In this document: positions 35,984-60,000 of the stretch, piece after piece
Numbering within the stretch: position 1 is the first letter of the stretch
How the letters are laid out: each line of letters opens with the position of its first letter
Source of the DNA: Felis catus
Lineage: Eukaryota
Assembly: GCF_018350175.1 (NCBI RefSeq)
Contig: NC_058369.1
Coordinates: forward strand, 13,518,001-13,578,000
Length of the DNA: 60,000 nt
Direction: 5' to 3'
Made by a program: the position numbers and the translations under genes
Notes under the pieces: generated by a model
Database searches by the model: none
What the model was told of the DNA's origin: nothing
The model's input: the letters and a program-made list of their open reading frames with translations, nothing else

Positions 35984-37679
35984 TGGGAATTTGTATTTTA
36001 AAGTAAAAATAACGCAAGGCATTTATTGTTGAGGAGGAGCATTCCACTCCAGAATTAGGGATGGCTGAATGGGGGGAATGCTGGACAGCAGGGGAGACCA
36101 GAGCTGGTGACACAGAGGCCTTAAATCCTCCCAAGTCCCACCCTACTCGGAGTAAAGTCTAGACTCCACCCGACAGCCCAGGCCCTCCAGCCAGCTGCCT
36201 CTCGCCAGCTACCTTCCCGTCTCATCTTTCTCCTCCAGTCAGATACTCCCTCTCGTTCCGGGTGCAACCCTACCTCAGGGCCTTTGCATCTGCTGTTCCC
36301 GCTGCCTGGAGCACACTTCCCCCACCTCCTTCCAAGCCTGGCTCCCTCACCCCCTTCAGATCTCGGATGGACACCCACCTCCCATTTCGGGTCACCTTCC
36401 TATCACGTTGCCATATTTCTCCTTCTCCTGACACATCCCCATCAGAAATAATTATTTGACTTGTTTATCCATCAGCCATCTGAGAGTTCTGAGGGCCAGG
36501 GATTGGTGTCCCCGGCACCTAGACCTGTGGACACAGTAAGTGCCCTGTGATGGGAGGACATGTATGAATGAATGATTGGAGAGAGGCTGCCTTTGGCCAC
36601 GGAGGCTAGGGAACCTCTCTGAAGAAGTGCCATTTGAGCAGGAACGTGAAGAACGAGCCGTTCCCTCCAGAAAGAGGGAACAGCAAATGTTCACTGAACA
36701 AGCTCAAGGGACAGCCTCTTTCCAACTCTCCTTTCCAAGGAGAGGCCCAGGCAACGTCTCCTTAAGAGAAAGGGCAAACTGAGGCCCTGAGAGTCACCCT
36801 AGGAGGTCACAAGGGCCGAAAGTTCCAAGGAGCCCTGAAGCCCTTCTCCAGCCTTCCTTTTCGGGTACAGAGTAGGCCACAGAGGCGAAAACTGTGTCCC
36901 TTGGTAAGGACCCTAAACGGGAGAAAGTGGGGGGCCTTGAACATGTGAGCAACTTCACTCACCCCCTCTGCAGGCCTCAGTTTCTACATCTGAGAAGTGG
37001 GAGAAGGAAGAGACAGAGTGAATGTGCACCTCAAGCAGGTAGCTCGGTGCGTGGCTCAGGACACACTCTTCTCAAGCTCAGAGAGGTTAAGAGACTCGAA
37101 GTTGTCAATATTCATCTCTAGGGGATACTGAGGATGGTGTGGTGGGCCTGGCCCAGGCCTAGGGGGATCAGGGTGTGGAGACGATGGTGGACATGAATCC
37201 AAGAATCCTCGAGAACTTCCACGAGTGCCAGCCTGGGATGGAGGGCCAGGAAGGACCGTGCAGGGGAGGAGACGCTGAGCTGAGAACCAACCAGTGAGAA
37301 TGAGGGTGGGGGTGAAGCAATCCAGGTGGTTTGGCACAGTATGTGCAAAGGCCCTGAGGTGGGGCCCTAACTGGGGGTATGGAAAGCCAGCATGGGTGGA
37401 GTGCGGTCAGTAGGAGGGAGAGAGATGCCTGACCCAAATTGAAGGGGAACATATGTTCTTATAAATAGGTGGAGAGAAAAAAAAAATAAAAATAAAAATG
37501 GGGAAATAAGGTGAGAGGCTGAAGGCAGATGATCTACAGGAAGGTTATAGCAGAATTTTATTCTCTTTTTTTAGTGTTTCCATTATTTCCAAATTCTCTA
37601 CAGTAAACACATATTACTTGTAAGTAAAGGGGGGGGGGAGGGAGAAATAATTATAAATACAAATCCCCTAAATCTCTGC

Positions 37680-37911
37680 CTTTTATTTATTTTTTTAATT
37701 TTTTCTAATGTGTATTCATTTTTGAAAGACAGAGAACGAGCAGGAGAGGGGCAGAGAGAGAGAGAGAGAGAGGGAGACACAGAATTCGAAGCAGGCTCCA
37801 GGCTGCAAGCTGTCAGCACAGAGCCCGATGCGGGGCTCGAACTCACCAACCGTGGGATCATGACCTGAGCCGAAGTTGGACGCTTAACCCACTGAGCCAC
37901 CCAGGCGCCCC
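37680..37911 (-). mobile_element. Can-SINE
   Basis: Full element; TSD ctctgcctttta. Confidence 0.9.
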
Positions 37912-39473
37912 TAAGTCTCTGCCTTTTAAAAATCTGGAAGGAAACGCACCAAGTTCGTGACCCAGATGAATTTTAATTCTCCCTCTGTGGAATTTGATCA
38001 TTACTTGTGATGCGGATGAATCATATCAGTGGGATGGAATCATCAAGGGAATTATTTAGGAATGAAGCCAGCTGTCCTTGAAGCCAGGGGCTGCTTGATG
38101 ACTTGTGTCATGTATGATTCTTCAGGCAGGCGACGAGGGGCGGGGCGGGGAGATACTGAGGCTTCTGGAGGCGGGAATCGAACCTGATCCTGGAGCACAG
38201 AGCAGGCCCCTTCAGCATGAGCTCGACGTCGCGGGGAGCCGAGAAACGGCGGGTAAGGCGAGGAGAATCCCCGAATTCGCCCGGCCTCCCTTCCGTGCCT
38301 CCGTCCGCCAGGGGGCGCCGCTGGCTACTGTCCAGCTCCCAACTGCGCGGCCCAGCAGGCCAAACGGCCCCCCTCTTTGCAACCCCGTCTCCCCATCCCT
38401 GAGATGGGCGCGGCATTAATTTGGGGTGATAGGTTTATTTAACCCCAGAGACACGTTCAGTGCCCCACGTTTCTAAGATATTTCGGAGAGGTCACGGACA
38501 CCACCCTCCAACCAAAGTTTACCCAAGTACTAGTATCAGGCCATGGAGGGGAAACTGAGGCCCAGAAGGGGCTGTGCCTGGAAAGAAAGCGTCAGAGTCC
38601 CCCTTCCCCCTACAGGGAGTCTGGGGGATCCTCAGAAACAGGAGGTGTAGAGATTTGCCGATGGGGGAGGGGGCGGATTCTGTGCTTTGTTGCTGTTCTG
38701 TAAGAGGGAGAAAAGGCGGGCGGCAGGGGTCCTGGGGCTAGGGAGGACAGAACCCACAGACCCGAGGACAGAAACTACAGCCACTTAAAGCAACAACCAG
38801 CGAGTGCACAGGCGGTCATAAGCTAAGTCAGTCTTCAGAGACAGTTCCCGGCACAGAGCCCTCTTTCCTGCTCCGTATTGGTCCCGACCGGAGCTCCTGA
38901 GCCAGAATCGGGTCTGGGACAAAGCTTTGGTGCTGAAAATTCTCCCGTTCGAGTTTCCAGTCTCTTGCGTGGAGCTGCCTGGCAGATGAAGGCGAGGCGC
39001 CTGAGGTGGGGGTGCATCGCCTGGGGGCTGCCTCCCCACCCCCTCGTGCACGGCTACCCTAGAAGCACGCAGCGGGCCCGGGCCCGGCACACAGCAGGTG
39101 CCCGATAAACATGTGATAAAGGGTGAACGAACCAAGTGATGGATGTCCCTCAAGAGTGGCCCCTGGAGAAGGTGGACAAGGGGCCTGGCAAGACACCCTC
39201 TTTCTACACCGGGGGTGGAAGCCCAGGAGGGAGAGATCCCAAGGGTGCTGGGAGAAGCTGCCTCCAGCCCAGCCCCTTGGAGAGCTCTCTCAGCAAATCC
39301 AGGTTCAGACTGGCCCCCAGCCAGCTGCCTTCGCTTTGACCGTGAGGCCTGCCTAGAACTGAAAGCTTGGTCTTCTCCCTCAGTGGTAGGGGTGGTGGGG
39401 ACGGCGGACAGAGGCAAGGCAGGGGCCACCTCGGACCTCTTCCTGGAAGGCCCACCCACCCAATCAGGAGCCA

Positions 39474-55608
<16,135 letters not shown>

Positions 55609-58018
55609 GCGCCAGAAGAAGGCGGCAGGGAGAGCAGGGAGCAGAGAGAGCAGGGCACGGGAGCCCCGAGAACGAGGAGTATCTGCGCCCGCCCGGGTCG
55701 GGCCAGGACCGGGGGTGGAGGCGACAGCGAGCAGCTGTCCGCGCCGGAGGTGCTGAGGCGGGAGAAGGTAGAAACAGGGACTCAAGGTGGGGCTGACACC
55801 AAGGAGCTGTCCTTGCCCAGATGGTGCTGAAGGACAGCACGGAAAGACGAACTTGGGGGTGGGGGTTGGAAACAGGGGCTGGGGATACCCCGAGAGCAGA
55901 AAATGGTTTGCTGTGCTCCCCTCTAGTGCCGAGTGAAAAAGGGTCAAGACACGAGCTTGGAGTGAAGACAGAGATTGTCCTCCCTGTTGCTGCCGAATGG
56001 AGAGCTGGGAGACAGGGGCTCTGGAGATCCCCAGCGCTAAGGCTCTGTCCCTTCTCCTGGTGCTGAAAGGGAAGGTAGATTCGGGGACTCCGGGTGGATG
56101 AGATGCGAGGAGCTAGCTGCAGGAAAGCGCAGAGACAGGGGTTCAGGAACACCACCACACCAGGGCGTCGTCCGCCCAGGAGGTGCTGAAAGCTGAGCAG
56201 CGGCGGGTCCTCAACCCTCCCCCAATGACTGTAGCAAGGAGGAGTCTGGAAGCAGAGTCAAGGGCTCTGGTCTGCAGAAGTAGGCACAGATGGTGTTTCT
56301 CTGTCAAGCTCAGGAAGGTAGGATTAGCAGTTCAGTCCTAGATGGGGTCTCCTGGGAGCCCTGAAGCCCCTACTCACACAGGGCAGGGATCCGGGAAGGG
56401 CAGAGAAATGGGGGAGGGCTGTAACAGGGCCCTCCCATCCCTGGGGTGGGCACACAGAAACTGCGTCTAGTCGGGGCTGACAACAGCGGAGGTGGGTAGA
56501 GAGGGGCACGCTTTTATATCCACACCAACGCCTAGACCCTCGGCGGAAATGGTGGGATCTCATTTGTCCCACTATGCCTTGGGCCCCACCTCACAGCCAT
56601 GATTCCTGCCCTCAAATCCCAGGCCTGCCCCTCCCTTCCCCAGTTCTAGAAACTCAAGGCCCTACCCACCAAACATCCTAATCCCAGGAGTAATTTCCCG
56701 GTAAGTGGCAGAGGGAGGGTGAGAACATTTTCTATTATGGTTAACAGAAGTAGACAGGGACAAGAGCAGCGCCGGGTCGGTGGGTGCAGTCTCTGGGCTG
56801 GGGCAGGGATGCATTTGGGGCCACTCGGTCCAGTAGATTTGGGGGCAGGAAGAGCCATGATCTCAGAAGGCCATTTCAAGGATATTTCTCATGGAGACCA
56901 CCCTCTACCCTAGTTGTGTCCCCAGGTTGGAGAAATGGGAAATGTTTGGGCCCGAGAGCCAAACAGACTGGGTTCAGCACAAACAACTCTTCTATGTACT
57001 TTACTTTCATGGTTCAGTCATTGCCCTTCCTCTCAGCCCCCTGCCCTCTAGAGCTGATAGTAGGAGATAACTTGGTCCATTGGCAGGGAACATGGGTTCT
57101 CCCACTGGCTGGCTGTCACTCCACCCCCCCCCCAGCCTGTTTTCTATTCTGGAAAGTGGGGATAATGTTCGTGTCCTACATCCTGGCATTGTTGGGAGGG
57201 TGAAAAGGGATGTCACCTGCGAAGGGTCAAAGACTAGGAGCTGTCCACACCAGTCCCCCTACTCTTTTACTCCTGCTGGTGTCCACCAATGCCTGGTTTG
57301 TCTACCTCGTAAATAACTTCTGTATCTGCCTACTTCTCTCCAGCCCATGGCTCCACCTTGGTCCACGTACCACCATCTCCTGCCCAGAACTGCCCAGGCC
57401 TCTTCATTGGGCTCTTGCTGCTTCTACCTCTGCCCTTGCCAATTCTACTCAGTAGTCACAGAGAATTTTTTAAGTGCCAGTCTGATCAACTCACTCACTT
57501 GAAAACCCACCCATGGCTCCCCGTTGCACACCATGAGGTCTTATGTGGTCCAGCCCCTGCCAACAGCCGCAGGCTCCCCTCCCATCCTCCAATTACACTG
57601 ATCTGTGTTCAGCTCTGCGCACACCTGGTCTTCTTGAGATGTGCTTTGCACATTCTGTTCCTTCTAACTGGCGTATGCTTCCCTGCCCTTCTGTGGCTGA
57701 CTTCGCTGAATCCTTCATGCTAAACTCAGATGCCACTTCTTCCAAGTGGTCCTTTCCTCACCCTGTACCCCCCCCAGTGCAGGGTCAGAAACCTCCTCTG
57801 GACTCCCATGGCGCTCTGATCTCTCCAACTGGTATGAGTCTCTCTCCATCAGCAGCCTGTGAGCCCCTGTTTGCCCGTGGCTGTGTTACCGATACAGGGC
57901 CTGACACATAGTAGGTACTTAACAAATGTTTTCTGAACAGGTTAGAGAAAGGTTCAGCTAGACGAGGCATTCTGTCTCTCCTGAGACTGGCCCCCTTCAT
58001 CCCCATCTGCCTCCTCAC

Positions 58019-58224
58019 CTGCTTGGGCCTGGACTGTGGCTTTGCTCTGTTCCTCGAGCCTCGATGGTGAACACCACACGGGCACTGGGCTCACCCTCTC
58101 CAGGGGTTCCAAGGCGGCTTGACAGCGGCGGCAGCAATGGGGTCCCTGAGAATCGTCTCCGGACGAGACCACTGCCAAGCGGGCTTATGGGAGCCAAGCC
58201 AGAATCCACCGACTCTCGGACCCG
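58019..58224 (-). CDS. PDE4C: Putative additional PDE4C N-terminal coding exon (PDE4B1/PDE4D7-like)
   Basis: Acceptor ctgtctccccag|, 206 nt open frame (RVRESVDSGLAPISPLGSGLVRRRFSGTPLLPPLSSRLGTPGEGEPSARVVFTIEARGTEQSHSPGPS), donor AG|GTGAGG in phase 2, in frame with the UCR1 exon. Confidence 0.65.
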
Positions 58225-58774
58225 CTGGGGAGACAGTGGTGAGACGTCAGCAAGTTCCCAGGCAAGGTGCCTCTCCAGGGCCCAGGGAACCGTGAGGAGA
58301 GTCTGAGATGCCCTCACCCAGATTCCTGGACTAGACCAGAGAGCTGTATCTCAGTCCTACTTTCTCCCTGAGTGAATTTACATCTCTGAGTCTCAGTTTC
58401 CTCATCCATGAAATGGGCGTGTGGATCTCAGGCCTGCAGAATAGGAGTGGTCCTGGCCCACAGCGGGCATTGCAGCAATATTTATTTATTAATCAATTAG
58501 CACATAGTATATTTATTATTGATAACATTCTATAATATATACTGCTATTTAATATAAGAATACTCTAGTGATTTTCTATCATATTATATTTTTCATTAAA
58601 ACATAAAAATAAGACATGCCGCACATAGACAAGTGAATAACAACAATGCCGATAGCTAACCTTTCTTGCACACTCACTGCGCGTAGGTGCTGTTCTAAGG
58701 ATCCCTCACGGGTTAGTTCACAAGGGCGCAACAGGGCTGGTATATAGACCATTACCCTCATTTTATTTGAAAAA

Positions 58775-58894
58775 AATTTTTTAGAGATTTTATTTTTTAA
58801 AATAATCTCTAGACCCAATGTGGGTCTCTAGACCCAAATTCACAACCCCGAGATCGAGATCGCATGCTGATCGCATGTGCCAGCCAGGCACCCC
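58775..58894 (-). mobile_element. Short Can-SINE
   Basis: Head 'gccagccaggcacccc' and 'aatctct...cccaatgtggg'. Confidence 0.75.
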
Positions 58895-59338
58895 CTCCCC
58901 ATCATCCTGATTTCACAAACAAGGAAACCGAGGCTCAGAGGTGAAGAAGATGCCCACGTTTGCTGTTGGCAAATAAGTCCTGAATTCGGAGCTGTGGCGC
59001 CTCATTTCCTGAAGGAAGAACTGAACCGGGGAAATTAGACGAGAGGGTGTTGGCAAGCATGTCCTGAGGAAACACTTGAGACATTTGAAAACCAAACAGA
59101 ATCAGAACGAACTGATGAATCAGCAAGGGTGAGCTCTCCAGCCCAACAGAACTGGCTTCACCCCATGCCACGTGGTGTAGGGGAAAGCATGCCTCAGTGT
59201 TCCCATCTGTGAAATGGGATGAAGGTGATACCAATCATTTGGCGGTGTTGATAATAAAAGGACAGGCCCACATGTTCCAGTCACAGTCTGAGACCTGTCA
59301 GTGGTGCTGACTCCAGGTCTTGGAATTCACAGCCTTGG

Positions 59339-59371
<33 letters not shown>

Positions 59372-59398
59372 CGCGCGCGCGCGCGCGCGCGCACGCAC
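59339..59398. repeat. Compound microsatellite (GT)12(GC)15
   Basis: Read directly: GT run 59339-59362, GC run 59363-59392. Confidence 0.95.
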
Positions 59399-60000
59399 TC
59401 ACGCGCTGGGGGATCAAAGGAGTAAATGGGATGTGGGAGAGGTGGAGCTCAGAGGGGCAGCCCAGCCTTCTCCTGCTCTGCCACTAAGCCTCACCGATTA
59501 GTCTATCTCGACAATCAGACATGCACATAGGAAAACCGAGGTCCAAGACAATATGGCACATCAGGGCCAGAGCTAGGGCAAGGGGAAGCAGGAAAGAAGG
59601 TATGAGGAACACACATCAGTTGCGCCTCTATAAGCCATGTTTCTGCAGGGCATTTCTTCACGGAGGAAGAGGAAATGACTGGCTGAGAGTCACAGAGCCA
59701 GGGGCCGCTCAGCTCCCCCCCCCCCCCCCCCCCCCGCAGCCCCACTAAGCTCTTTGCACAGATCTGATCCTTCTAGGACCCAGGATACTTAACCGGTCCC
59801 CTCACTTCCAACCCCATATGAGCATAACCCTCTCCCAGGAGCACCTGAATTCTAATGTAGAAATCTAAGTGTTCAGCGCTAGGCCTCCCCTGGGAGGTTT
59901 TGTGGTAGCTGGGAGGATGTGCAGGGAAAGCAGAGGGTGGGGTGTGTGGACGCATTGGGCCCCTCCCAGAACAGGAAGCCCACTGGGACGTCACCTGCCC

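Noticed and set aside
38165..38240. Possible tRNA gene (GGTTCGATTCCCGCCTCCA on the minus strand)
   Set aside because: The T-stem pairs poorly, and there is no D-arm, anticodon arm or acceptor-stem partner.
55820..55845. REST/NRSE-like half-sites (TTCAGCACC and GGACAGC)
   Set aside because: The halves are in non-canonical orientation and are better explained as the polypyrimidine tract and acceptor of the PDE4C1 exon.

Overview
Mammalian, GC-rich, gene-dense genomic window. Felid-type Can-SINEs (SINEC_Fc) point to a cat or other felid. The gene order is that of human 19p13.11: PIK3R2 (+, CDS 273-9945, 15 coding exons, 726 aa), IFI30/GILT (+, 13579-16757, 7 exons, 249 aa), an AT-rich ~8 kb block of SINEs, ERV remnants and MER58B (17.4-25.4 kb), MPV17L2 (+, 26228-28333), RAB3A (-, CDS 32723-29475, 220 aa) and PDE4C (-, 39474-55608, 730 aa, with an alternative first exon at 50377-50522). 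Exons were read by eye from GT-AG boundaries and frame continuity. The most notable observations are: (1) an in-frame PDE4C upstream exon at 58019-58224 resembling the N-terminal exon of PDE4B1/PDE4D7/PDE4A8; (2) apparent absence of the usual terminal coding exon of MPV17L2, with read-through into the intron; (3) an apparently disrupted miR-126 seed site in the PIK3R2 3'UTR; (4) a CRE/GC-box internal PDE4C promoter next to a 10-bp-periodic TTCGG array; (5) a (GT)12(GC)15 Z-DNA tract. No prokaryote-type system (CRISPR, operon, etc.) is present. Comparisons with human and paralogue sequences are from memory and need alignment to confirm.
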